DNA of 64,000 bases, from positions 1 to 64,000 of the forward strand of contig CAWAXX010000023.1 in assembly GCA_963786105.1 (NCBI GenBank), written 5' to 3'. Source of the DNA: Vulcanimicrobiota bacterium. Lineage in GTDB: Bacteria; Vulcanimicrobiota; Vulcanimicrobiia; Vulcanimicrobiales; Vulcanimicrobiaceae. This document shows, in pieces, positions 11,758 to 23,241 of this stretch (the stretch's first letter is position 1; each line of letters begins with the position of its first letter). The notes beneath the pieces are model-generated. The model made no database searches. It was not told where the DNA came from and saw nothing but the letters and a program-made list of their open reading frames with translations. The translations under genes were made by a program, and so were the position numbers.

Positions 11758-12959
11758 TTACGTCACGGTGACGCTAACCGCGACGCTGTTGCCGACGCTA
11801 TCGGATATCGCGATCTTGCACGACCCCTTGCCGACCGAGGTTACCTTGAACGATGACTTCGAGTTGCCGCGAGCGACGGTTGCGACTGCGGGGTTACTCG
11901 ACTTGGCCGTCCAACTGCTCGCACCGTTCTCTTTTATCGAAACGGCTTGTGTCTGACCGAGAGCCGAGAACGTGAGTTTGGTCGGCGTCACGATCATCGG
12001 ATTGGTGACGAGCACGTCGATCTCACCGACCCCGCCGGCTGTGTCGACCCAAAGATTGCCGTCGGAACCCGAGGTTACGGCGTCGGGCCGCACGCCGGAT
12101 CCAAGTGGAGGCGTGAACGTTTTTACGGTGTGCGACTTCGTGTCGACCCGAAATACCGTCCCGTCGTTTCCGCTCGCGCACCACGGCTCGCCGTCGGGGC
12201 CGCGCGCGCAGAACTGCTCGGTTTCGTTGCTGTTGAAGGTTCCGCGGCGAGAACGACCGGCGCCGGCGTACACCCGACTCCGATTGGAAACATCGTAATC
12301 TTTCCGGTCGACGGGACGATGCGCCCGATCGCATTCGCGGACGACTGTGCAAACCACACATTACCGTCGGACCCGCCGGTGACGCCGCCATACTGATTGG
12401 TCGAATACCCTGACGGATATGCGAATTCGGTGATAGTTCCGCTCGGCGTAGTCTTGCCGATGTGGTTGAATTCGGCGAACCACACGTTACCGTCAGGCCC
12501 CAGCCCCAAACCGTCGATCGCCGTGTTATCGCCGCTGGGAATCGGGAACGACTGTGCGCTTCCCGACCGCGTGACGCGCACGACGTTCGCAGACTCGTCG
12601 AGAAGGTAGAACTTCTTGTCGGCACCGACGGCCATCGAGACGGCGTTGCCCGTGATGATGCCGGAGAGCGGAAACTCTTTGATTGAGCCGCTCGTCGAAA
12701 TGCGCACGAGGCCGGCGGCGTTCTCGTCGATGAACCAAACGTTACCATCCGGGCCCAGAGCCATCGCACTGTACAACCCTGACGTGGTGTGAGGTTTGAA
12801 CCCGACCCATTGCGCGCCTTTTCCTTTTTGCACCACATGGGGACTCGCGAGTATCTGATTCGACAACGGCGACGCGTCAGGTCGCAGCGGTTCTCCCGAT
12901 AGCGAGCAACCGGTAAGCGTGCAAGCGAGGAAGAAGAAGGCGAGGGCCCGTGCGGTCAT
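11758..12959 (-). CDS. Secreted Vgb (virginiamycin B lyase)-like beta-propeller lipoprotein with C-terminal Ig-like domain (frameshift near 12250)
   Basis: Repeated GPDGNVWF/GSDGNLWV motifs, lipobox LTGC, terminal SSNPAVATV Ig-like segment. Confidence 0.78.
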
Positions 12960-12989
12960 TATTGACCCTCCCAGGGGAAATAGCAGCTT

Positions 12990-13479
12990 CTAGCGACCGA
13001 GAGCGCGGTCCTCGACGCGGACGCGCCATGCAAGCAGTGCAGCATTGAGAATTTGAAAACGCAACCGCGATCCAGAGCGCGCGGAACGCGAGCGGTAACA
13101 CGGCGATTTCGGCGCAAACGACGATGTAGTTGGGGTGGCGCAGAAAGCGATATGGACCGCGGCGAACCAGCGGCGCGCCCGGAACGGTCACGACGCGCGT
13201 CGTCCAATGCGGTCCCAGCGAAGCGACGACCCAAACTCGCGTGGCTTGCAAGGCTACGAAGATGGCGAGCAGCCACCAAATTGGTGACGTGGCCGGCGGA
13301 ATAAAGGCGGCCATGCTGAGCAACCACGCGGCGTGCAGCAGGACGAACAACGGGTAGTGCGAGGCGCCTGCCTCGATTCCGCCTCGTTGCAGCAATCGAG
13401 CCGTGTTGCGCCGCGCGTACGAGAGTTCGATGATGCGTTGCGCGGTGACGAGGATCAGAACGACCCAGAGAACGCTCAT
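12990..13479 (-). CDS. Isoprenylcysteine carboxyl methyltransferase family (SrsB/BpsB-like), frameshift near 13055
   Basis: QRIIELSYARRN, HYPLFVLLH, LGPHWTTRV, GPYRFLRHPNY; directly downstream of type III PKS. Confidence 0.85.
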
Positions 13480-13487
13480 GCCCAGTG

Positions 13488-14537
13488 CTAGCGTTCGAGC
13501 AGCGTAAATCCGGCGGTGAAGCCGGGTCCGAGCGCGCTGAGCATCGCGCGCTTCCACGGGGTAGCCCCGTTGGTTAGCGTTCGTTCGAGTACGAACATTA
13601 CGGTGGCGGCGGACATATTGCCGTATTCGTGTAGCACGTCGCGCGATTCGGTAAGCGAACCTGCCTCCAGCCGGAAAGCCAATTCGAGCGCATCGATGAC
13701 TTTCGCGCCGCCCGGATGACAGATGAAGCGGTCGACGTCGTCGAGCGTGAGGTCCCGTTCGGCGAGAAACGCGCTGGCGATGTCCTCGAGATGCGTCGTC
13801 ACCAGATTTGGAATGTCGCGCGAAAAGATCGCTTTGAGCCCTTCGCCGGTGACGTCCCATCCCATGACGTCGAGGCTACACGGCCACGTGTACTCGCCAC
13901 CGGCAACGACTGCCGGTCCTTCGCCTGCGCATGAAAGCAGCGCGGCCGCAGCGCCGTCCCCAAAGAGCGCGGTCGCAACGATGTTGCTTTTCGTAAAATC
14001 GTCGCGTCGAAATGAAAGCGCGCACAACTCAACGACCAAAAAGAGCACGAGTTCGTCGGGCTCGGAAGCAGCCAAGGTTGCCGCACGCGCGAGTCCGATC
14101 GTGCCGCCCGCGCATCCGAGACCAAAGATCGGAAGTCGCCGTACGGTTCTGCGCAGTCCCATTCGTTCCATCAGCAGCGCATCGAGGCTGGGGGTGGCGA
14201 TTCCCGTTGTCGAAACGACGACGATCGCGCCGATGTCCTCGGAATGCCGGCCGGCGCGTTCGAGCGCCGACCGCGTCGCACTTTCGAGCAAATCGAGGGC
14301 GGATTCGAGGTAAATCCGATTACGCTCCGGCCAGTCGTGCTTCCGTTCGTACCACTCGATCGGTACGCACGAGTAGCGTCGTCCGATTCCCGTATTTCCG
14401 AACATCGGCAGCAGCCGCACGATTTCGGGTGAGCGCGGCCCAAGCGCCAGGCTTATCCGGCGCGTAACGTCCTCTTGATCGAGAAGGAAGGGGGGAACGG
14501 CCGAGGCGACCGCCAGAATTCGGGGCGTGTTGGTCAC
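13488..14537 (-). CDS. Type III polyketide synthase (SrsA/BpsA-like)
   Basis: Catalytic triad motifs GLGCAGG, CHPGG, YGNMS; ALFGDGAAA; GPGF. Confidence 0.93.
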   Translation of the reverse strand: MTNTPRILAVASAVPPFLLDQEDVTRRISLALGPRSPEIVRLLPMFGNTGIGRRYSCVPIEWYERKHDWPERNRIYLESALDLLESATRSALERAGRHSEDIGAIVVVSTTGIATPSLDALLMERMGLRRTVRRLPIFGLGCAGGTIGLARAATLAASEPDELVLFLVVELCALSFRRDDFTKSNIVATALFGDGAAAALLSCAGEGPAVVAGGEYTWPCSLDVMGWDVTGEGLKAIFSRDIPNLVTTHLEDIASAFLAERDLTLDDVDRFICHPGGAKVIDALELAFRLEAGSLTESRDVLHEYGNMSAATVMFVLERTLTNGATPWKRAMLSALGPGFTAGFTLLER

Positions 14538-14648
14538 GCCCCACCTTTCCGTGCCACTATAGCGGCGTCTTTCCGGCAGAAGGCCCTTGCCCGGCGGAGA
14601 GGGCTGAGCAGGGTAGGTGCGGCTTGCGTCAGTAAGCCTCTAGTCCCC

Positions 14649-17003
14649 GTGAGGTTTAGACGTATCGTAGCGGCGGCGCTGGCCGTTTTGACGTTGGGTG
14701 CCGCGCCGCGCCCGGCTCCGCTTATCATGTACTCCGCCCCGGCCGGCGACCGCCCGGCCGGCGCTGATGCCGTGACGCCGACGACCGCGATTCTCCCGAA
14801 CGGACGGATTGCATCACCGGCCGGCCAGAGCGTCCTCGTCGGCACGAATCCGTTGGCGGTCGCACTCTCGCCAGACGGTCGCTTCGCGATCGTCAGCAAC
14901 GACGACGCCCGCACCAGCGGCCTGTCGATTCCCAACGCGGCGGTCTCGCCGTCCATCGGCTATTCGCTGGCAGTCGTGGATACTCAAGCGATGACCCTTG
15001 CGAGCGTTTATCGCGACGCCTCGCCGGGCTTTTTCATGGGCGTCGCCGCGGCTCGCGATCCGAACGACCCCGCCCGAACCATCGTGCTGGCTTCCGATGC
15101 CGGTCAAGGATCGGTTCGGGTTTTCGATCTGGATGCGAGCGGCCAACTCGTTCCGGAAGCCGGCAGTATTGCGCTCCCGGCGGCCCCCGGACGGCGCGCA
15201 TTTCCTGCCGGAATAGCGCTCGCGAATGACGCGCGCTTTGCGTTCGTCGCGAACAATTTGGGCAACGCGGTGACCGAGATCGATCTGGCCAAGCGCACCG
15301 TCGCGCGCAGCGTCGAGGTCGGAAACTTTCCGCTCCACGTAGCGGCGGCGGGCAGTCGCGTGCTGGTGAGTTCGGGCGGCCTTTCGACCTACATGGCGCT
15401 CGAACGGCCGGCGCCAGCTCCGCACTTCGGCGCCCCATCCTTCGACCCGAACAAATCCTCAACGGTTACCGTCTTCGATCTGCTTACCGGCGCGGATTCG
15501 TCGCCGGCTCCGGCGACGGTCCGTATGGATGGCGCCCCCGACGGGTCGCAAATAGTGGGCGGTGCGGCACCGGGCGCCATTGCGGTTCGCCGCGACGGCC
15601 GCTTGGCGTACGTCGCTCTCGCGAACGTCGACCGGATCGCCGTGCTTTCGCTCACCGGCGAGCCGCGAGTCGTTCGCGGACTCGACTTACGCCTCTTCCC
15701 GAACGCACCCTATGGCGCGCAGCCGAGTGCCGTCGTGTTGAGCAAGGACGAAAAGCGACTGTACGTCGCTCTCGCCGGGCTCAACGCGGTCGCCGTCCTC
15801 GATGCCCGCGTGCCGGCGCACTATCGCTACGGCTTGATTCCCACGGGATGGTACCCGACCGCGTTGGCGATGTCGCCGAACGGCCGTTATCTTTACGTGA
15901 CGAGTGCGAAGGGCGTCGACGGTTGGGGCCTTTTCACGCGCGTCGACCTCAAGCACGCGGCGTTGGTGAAGACGACGCTGGATACACTGCGTTACAACCG
16001 TACCGTGTCCGCGGCGAAATACGATGCCGTGATCCCTCCGTTGCGCTCGGGTAAGCGCAGCGCGGCGATCGATCACGTCGTGTACGTTGCCGTCGGCGCG
16101 CAGACGTACGATGCGACGCTCGGCGATCTCACGGATTCCGTCGGAGCAGCCCTTGGGAACGGGAATGCTTCCTACACGCTCGATCCCGAACGAGTGACGC
16201 CGAATCTGCACGCGCTAGCACGAGCTTACGCAACTGCCGACAACTTCTACGCTTCGGATGCCGATGCTACGGTGGCGCGCCTGTTTGCAACGACCGCCGA
16301 CGCGTCGCTCTTCGCTCAACTCACGGCCGCGGTGAGGCCGCTCCGCACACCTTTCGACGGTGAGGGCGTCGATCCCGAAGACTACGCTCGCGCCGGATAC
16401 GTCTTCAACGCGATGGCTCGCGGCGGCTTGTCGTTTCGCGACTACGGCGGACTGCTGCAGCTTTCCGGGTACGACGACGGGCTCTATCATTTGGACGTAC
16501 CCGCACTCGCCGCCCTCGATGGCAACGTCGACTTGAACTACGCGTCCGGCGATCCGCGCGTGGAGGCCGCGCAGCGCGCTCAAGAGTTCGTACGCGATAT
16601 GGGGCGCTACGTCGATGCCGGCCAAGCCCCCAGCTTTTCATACGTTTGGCTGCCTACGCCGCACCAAGGCGGCATTGGTGAAGCCGACCGCGCGCTCGGA
16701 ACGATCGTGCAGTTTCTGTCGCGCACGCCCCATTGGAGCTCGACCGCCATTTTCATCGTGCCCGAAGGCGTCAACGGCGGGGCCGATCACGTGAACCCAA
16801 TGCGCAGCTACTGCCTGGTCGTTTCGCCGCTCGCACGCCGCGGCTTCGTGGGGCACGTGCATCTCTCGGCATCGAGCGTCGTGAAGACCGAGGAGGAAAT
16901 CTTCGGACTCCCGCCGCTCGGGCTCGGCGATTTGCTCGCGAGCGACATGGCGAGTTTCTTCGTCAGCGCGCCGTCACCGGAACCGTATACGGCGATTCGT
17001 TAG
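14649..17003 (+). CDS. Secreted YncE-like beta-propeller / phosphoesterase (alkaline phosphatase-like) fusion
   Basis: Signal peptide, ILPNGR, propeller repeats (IPTGWYP), IDHVVY, VTPNLHALA..DNFY, HWSSTAIF, ADHV. Confidence 0.75.
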   Translation: MRFRRIVAAALAVLTLGAAPRPAPLIMYSAPAGDRPAGADAVTPTTAILPNGRIASPAGQSVLVGTNPLAVALSPDGRFAIVSNDDARTSGLSIPNAAVSPSIGYSLAVVDTQAMTLASVYRDASPGFFMGVAAARDPNDPARTIVLASDAGQGSVRVFDLDASGQLVPEAGSIALPAAPGRRAFPAGIALANDARFAFVANNLGNAVTEIDLAKRTVARSVEVGNFPLHVAAAGSRVLVSSGGLSTYMALERPAPAPHFGAPSFDPNKSSTVTVFDLLTGADSSPAPATVRMDGAPDGSQIVGGAAPGAIAVRRDGRLAYVALANVDRIAVLSLTGEPRVVRGLDLRLFPNAPYGAQPSAVVLSKDEKRLYVALAGLNAVAVLDARVPAHYRYGLIPTGWYPTALAMSPNGRYLYVTSAKGVDGWGLFTRVDLKHAALVKTTLDTLRYNRTVSAAKYDAVIPPLRSGKRSAAIDHVVYVAVGAQTYDATLGDLTDSVGAALGNGNASYTLDPERVTPNLHALARAYATADNFYASDADATVARLFATTADASLFAQLTAAVRPLRTPFDGEGVDPEDYARAGYVFNAMARGGLSFRDYGGLLQLSGYDDGLYHLDVPALAALDGNVDLNYASGDPRVEAAQRAQEFVRDMGRYVDAGQAPSFSYVWLPTPHQGGIGEADRALGTIVQFLSRTPHWSSTAIFIVPEGVNGGADHVNPMRSYCLVVSPLARRGFVGHVHLSASSVVKTEEEIFGLPPLGLGDLLASDMASFFVSAPSPEPYTAIR

Positions 17004-17059
17004 CGGAGTGCCGAGAAGATGAAGGGCCTTCGCGAGCACGGGTCAGAAAACAACCTGCT

Positions 17060-17896
17060 ATGACGACGAAGGACGGCGTTCATTTCGGGCCGCGGCTGGT
17101 TGGTTCTCCCACCGGAATGCTACGCGCCGCGATGCTGGTGAAACCAAACCGGAGCATCGAACGCGCAAAACCGTTGTCCGGCGAGCCCGGAGCGGTTTAT
17201 TCTAGAGCTCTCGAACAGCATGCCGTGCTCTGCAAGACGCTGCGGTACTTCGGCGTCGAAACGGTCGTCTTCGATCCGCATAGCGACGACTCGTTCGAGG
17301 CGTCGGTTGCAGATGCGGCGGTGGCGTTCGAGGATGGCGCCATGCTGATGCGGCCGACGGCGATGTCCCGGCGCGCCGAAGCCGATCGCACCCAAGCGGA
17401 GTTCGCGCAGCTCGACGTTCCGCTCGCCGGGCACATCGTGGCGCCGGGGCTGCTGGACGGAACCGACGTGATGCTTGCCGGGAATACGGCGTTTATCGGC
17501 GTCGGCAAACGCGGAAACGACCTCGGCCGTAAAGGTTTCGCGGAAGTTGCGCGCGCGCACGGCTATCGGGTGGCTGAAGTTCGTATCGCAGACGACGTGC
17601 CCGCGCTGCGAGCGGTTGCCGGCGCGGTCGCGAAGGACACGGTCGTGCTGGCGGCCGGCAAAGTAGATCCCGCGCCGTTCGCGAGTTTCAAAACCATCGT
17701 TCTCGAACGCGGCGAGGAGCTGGCGGCCGGGCTGCTGTGCCTCGACGACGGTCACGTGCTCGCCGACATTCGGTTTCGAACGGCGCTGACGGCGATGCGC
17801 CGCGCCGGCGTCTCGGTGGATTCGATCGATCTGTACGATTTCTACAAGGTCGGAATTACGCCGTCGATGATGGTCTTGTCGCTGAAGCGCGACTGA
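17060..17896 (+). CDS. Amidinotransferase/DDAH (pentein) family protein, apparently lacking catalytic His and Cys
   Basis: ALEQH, DAAV, RPTAMSRRAE, LDGTDV..AG...FIG match the DDAH layout. Confidence 0.75.
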   Translation: MTTKDGVHFGPRLVGSPTGMLRAAMLVKPNRSIERAKPLSGEPGAVYSRALEQHAVLCKTLRYFGVETVVFDPHSDDSFEASVADAAVAFEDGAMLMRPTAMSRRAEADRTQAEFAQLDVPLAGHIVAPGLLDGTDVMLAGNTAFIGVGKRGNDLGRKGFAEVARAHGYRVAEVRIADDVPALRAVAGAVAKDTVVLAAGKVDPAPFASFKTIVLERGEELAAGLLCLDDGHVLADIRFRTALTAMRRAGVSVDSIDLYDFYKVGITPSMMVLSLKRD

Positions 17897-17914
17897 GAGT
17901 TCGACACACTCTCG

Positions 17915-18643
17915 ATGCGTCTCGGCGTGCTGGCGGACATTCACGGAAACCTCGTCGGGTTGGACGCCTGCTTGGCCGATCTGCAAGCGCAAGGCGGTGC
18001 CGATGCGATCGTCGCCGCCGGCGATCTTTGCGTCGACGGACCTAAGCCGCGAAAGGTCCTGCAGCGGCTAGAGCAACTTGGCGTCGCGTGTCTGCGAGGA
18101 AACACCGAACGCTACATCGCCGACGGGCGCCGGGAAACGTCCGATCCGGCCTCGGAAGCGCAGCTCGCCTGGACGCGCCGAGATTTGGGCGAGAAATGGG
18201 TGAACTGGCTGCGCGACCTCCCCTTTGCGTTACGCATCGGCGACGACGACAATCAGCTTTTGGTAGTGCACGCCAATCCGAAGACGGACTTCGAGCACCT
18301 CTGGCCGGACGCCGACGAAGCTACGCTTGAAAGGCTGGTCGGCGACGAGACCGCCACGGCGATCGCCTTCGGACACCTGCACCTTCCCTACGTGCGAATG
18401 TGGCGCGGCAAGCTCTTGGTAAACGTGGCGTCCGCCGGCTTGCCCAAAGACGGGGACCCGCGGGCCTGCTACGCGATCCTCACCGAACGGGACGGCGGCT
18501 GGCAAGTCAAGCACCGCCGCGTTCCCTTCGACGTGAAGAAAGTTGCAACCCAACTGGCGGATTGCGGGATTCCGGGCAGTGAAGAGCTTATTGCAACGCT
18601 CCGCCATCACAGGTACAAACAACTAAAATCGCAAGTTCCGTAA
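17915..18643 (+). CDS. YfcE-like metallophosphoesterase
   Basis: ADIHGN, AGD, RGNTE, VHA, FGHLH motifs. Confidence 0.88.
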   Translation: MRLGVLADIHGNLVGLDACLADLQAQGGADAIVAAGDLCVDGPKPRKVLQRLEQLGVACLRGNTERYIADGRRETSDPASEAQLAWTRRDLGEKWVNWLRDLPFALRIGDDDNQLLVVHANPKTDFEHLWPDADEATLERLVGDETATAIAFGHLHLPYVRMWRGKLLVNVASAGLPKDGDPRACYAILTERDGGWQVKHRRVPFDVKKVATQLADCGIPGSEELIATLRHHRYKQLKSQVP

Positions 18644-18651
18644 CCGAGAAC

Positions 18652-19401
18652 ATGACTCGCTTTCCAAACGGCGGCGCCCCCGCGCCGGCCGCTATCGACA
18701 TCCGCGGTTTAGTGAAGCGCTACGCTGACTTTACCGCCGTCGACGGTATAACGCTGCGCGTCGAAGCCGGCGAATTCTTCGGCTTTTTAGGACCCAACGG
18801 CGCTGGAAAGACGACCACCATTAACGCCATCGTCGGTCTAGCTCGCAAAACCAGCGGAACGATTTCCATCTTGGGGTACGATAACGAAACGCAGTGGCGT
18901 GAGGCTCGCCGTTTAGTCGGCGTATCGCCGCAGGAGTTCAACTTCGACCGGTATCTCTCGATCAGGGACGTGTTGATTTACGCTGCCGGGTACTTTGGTT
19001 TGCGCGGCCGGCAGGTGGCCGACCGAGCCGACATGTTGCTCGATCGATTCGGCCTCACATCGAAGTCAAAGCTCGAATATACGAAGCTCTCGGGCGGCCA
19101 AAAGCGCCGTCTGACGCTCGCGCGCGCGCTCGTGCACGAACCCGAGGTGCTGATTCTCGACGAGCCGACCGCCGGCGTCGACGTCGAACTACGGCTGGAG
19201 CTGTGGGAGTGGCTGCAAGCGCTCAACTCCGAAGGGCTGACCGTCTTTCTGACGACGCACTATCTCGAAGAGGCGCAAGAACTCTGCAAGAGGATCGCGA
19301 TCGTTCGCGCCGGACGGATCGTCGCCGAAAAGCCGACGCACGAGTTGCTTGCCGACGGCGGATCGTTGCAAGACGTCTTTCTGGAGCTGACCAAGACGTG
19401 A
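18652..19401 (+). CDS. ABC transporter ATP-binding protein (YadG-like)
   Basis: GPNGAGKTT, LSGGQ, ILDEP, TTHY. Confidence 0.93.
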   Translation: MTRFPNGGAPAPAAIDIRGLVKRYADFTAVDGITLRVEAGEFFGFLGPNGAGKTTTINAIVGLARKTSGTISILGYDNETQWREARRLVGVSPQEFNFDRYLSIRDVLIYAAGYFGLRGRQVADRADMLLDRFGLTSKSKLEYTKLSGGQKRRLTLARALVHEPEVLILDEPTAGVDVELRLELWEWLQALNSEGLTVFLTTHYLEEAQELCKRIAIVRAGRIVAEKPTHELLADGGSLQDVFLELTKT

Positions 19402-20159
19402 ACTCGATTGCGCTGTGGACGCTGACCAAGCGTGAGATGGTTCGAAGCCTCAAGGTCATCAATCAAGTCATTTGGCCGCCGATCATCACGACGCTGCTGT
19501 ACGTCTTCGTCTTCGGGCTCGCATTGGGGAGCCGCATCCCCTCGGTACAGGGCGTGACGTACGCGCAGTTCCTGATTCCCGGCCTCATCATGCTGCAGGT
19601 CATCGACTCGTCGTACGGAGAGTGCTCGAGTTCGTTGTTCCAGGGGCGCTTCATGAACTCGATCCAAGAGATGTTGATCGCGCCCATGTCGGCAGTCGAG
19701 ATCGTCGGCGGGTACGTGCTGGGCAGTCTGGCCAGATCTTTGCTGATCGCCGGCTTGATCACGATGCTCGGCGTGGTTTTAGTCCACGCCGCACCACACG
19801 ATTGGGTGCTGTACTTCGGCGTGATTTGTCTCGTTTCGATCCTCTTTTCAGCGCTCGGACTGATCTTCGGACTGTTTGCCGACAAGTTCGATCACATCGC
19901 CATCCTGACGACGTTCATCATCACGCCGCTGACGTTCGTGGGTGGCGTGTTCACCTCGGCGTCGATGTTGCCACCCGCGCTGCAGCGGTTCGAGCTCTTC
20001 AATCCAATCTTTTATACGATCGATGCGTTCCGGCGAAGTTATACCGGGGATAGCTTCCTCGCCCCGCTCTGGTCGGTTGCCGCCATCGTACTGTTGTCGG
20101 TCATCGCTCTGGCGATTGTCTTGCGCATGATGGCCACGGGCTACAAACTGCGAACGTGA
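19398..20159 (+). CDS. ABC-2 transporter permease (YadH-like)
   Basis: GTG overlapping upstream stop; multiple TM helices, YAQFLIPGL, PLTFVGG, NPIFY, GYKLR. Confidence 0.88.
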   Translation: MNSIALWTLTKREMVRSLKVINQVIWPPIITTLLYVFVFGLALGSRIPSVQGVTYAQFLIPGLIMLQVIDSSYGECSSSLFQGRFMNSIQEMLIAPMSAVEIVGGYVLGSLARSLLIAGLITMLGVVLVHAAPHDWVLYFGVICLVSILFSALGLIFGLFADKFDHIAILTTFIITPLTFVGGVFTSASMLPPALQRFELFNPIFYTIDAFRRSYTGDSFLAPLWSVAAIVLLSVIALAIVLRMMATGYKLRT

Positions 20160-20175
20160 GCGAGGAAGTCTGATT

Positions 20176-20541
20176 ATGGTGTCTGCGTTGTTGCTGGCAG
20201 CAGCGGTTTCGGGACCGGTGACCCGCTTGATCGTCGAGCCATGGACCGGCACAAATTTGGCCACCGCGACGAACACCGCGGTGAAGTATCGCCTGCGCGT
20301 CATCGGCGTGCCGAATGCGACGCTCCAACTGCGAGCCGACGCGGTGGCAAAAGGATGGCTGGCAGCGTTCTGCACGCCGAGGGTTTGCGCGCCGCTACAC
20401 GTCGACGTGACGCTTCCGCAGTCAGGCCAGGCCGTCTATCAGTTTGAGCTCATTCGCGAGGACCCCGGTGGCGCCGCGCGCAGCGGCGCCCGCATCACCA
20501 GCGACGACGGCGCGACCATCAGCATCCCCACGTCGCCCTGA
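20176..20541 (+). CDS. Hypothetical secreted protein
   Basis: Signal-like N-terminus, beta-rich, CTPRVC; follows the ABC operon. Confidence 0.55.
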   Translation: MVSALLLAAAVSGPVTRLIVEPWTGTNLATATNTAVKYRLRVIGVPNATLQLRADAVAKGWLAAFCTPRVCAPLHVDVTLPQSGQAVYQFELIREDPGGAARSGARITSDDGATISIPTSP

Positions 20542-20550
20542 GCGGAGAGT

Positions 20551-21390
20551 TCAACCCAGGAAGAACGGGTTATGCGCCTTTTCGAGCGCAACGGTGGTGG
20601 GCGGTCCGTGTCCGGGCATCACCACGGTGTCGTCTGGCAAGGTAAAGATTTTGCTGCGCACGCTGTTTAGGATGTCGTGGTAGGTGCTCGCGTCACCATA
20701 GGCCCCACCGACGCTGGCTGCAAACAGGGTATCTCCGGTGAAGACCGTCGAGCGGAACAGGAACGAGGACGATCCGTCGGTGTGCCCGGGCGTATGGAGC
20801 ATGCGGATGCGAACGTCGCCGAACGGAAGGTCGTCACCGTCGTTGACGGGCAGAGCTTTGCTCGCGAGCGGTCCTATGGCGTGCGCGTCGAGCTCGTGCA
20901 TGACGATCTTGGCCGCGGGGAACTGCCCCGCAACGCCGGCGGTGGCATCGCAGTGATCGGCGTGCTTGTGGGTGATGAGGATGTACTCTAACCCATAGTC
21001 TCCGTCGCGGAGCACGCGTAGCAGGTTCCCCGGAATGCCGGCGGGGTCGACGAGAGCTGCCCGGCGTCCGCCTTCGAGGAAGAAGACGTAGCCGTTACTG
21101 GGGTGCGGTTTTTGCGGATGATGCCGCACGTCCGGCAATGCGATCGCCGGCGGCTGCCAGCGCGCAAGGGCCGCATCGGCGAGCTTGGCGGGATCGAGCC
21201 GAAGAGTTCGAGCAACGGCACGCGCTTGCGCTTCATCGGGAGCGCCGGCATCCTTCAGCCACAGCTCGATTGCCGCGGCATCGACGCCGGCGGACGACGC
21301 CAGGCGTGCGGTGCCGGCGTGCGTACCGCGCATCGCCTTGCGCAAGATGTCGCCGAAGGTGTCTTCCAGCGGCAACGGTTCGCCGGCCAT
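20551..21390 (-). CDS. MBL-fold hydrolase (glyoxalase II-like) with N-terminal HTH-like domain
   Basis: THKHADH, HTPGHT, FTGD, PGHG, NPF; N-terminal LEDTFGDILRKAMRG helical domain. Confidence 0.85.
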   Translation of the reverse strand: MAGEPLPLEDTFGDILRKAMRGTHAGTARLASSAGVDAAAIELWLKDAGAPDEAQARAVARTLRLDPAKLADAALARWQPPAIALPDVRHHPQKPHPSNGYVFFLEGGRRAALVDPAGIPGNLLRVLRDGDYGLEYILITHKHADHCDATAGVAGQFPAAKIVMHELDAHAIGPLASKALPVNDGDDLPFGDVRIRMLHTPGHTDGSSSFLFRSTVFTGDTLFAASVGGAYGDASTYHDILNSVRSKIFTLPDDTVVMPGHGPPTTVALEKAHNPFFLG

Positions 21391-21464
21391 GCACGCGACG
21401 TTCACGCCTTCGGCGCAGATGTCTTGCAACCGGAACGGCAACGGGCGCGGTCGAAGCGGGCGGT

Positions 21465-23240
<1,776 letters not shown>

Positions 23241-23241
<1 letters not shown>

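Noticed and set aside
11758..12959. Streptogramin-resistance (vgb) gene
   Set aside because: Secreted lipoprotein with an Ig-like tail; the propeller repeat alone does not imply antibiotic lyase activity
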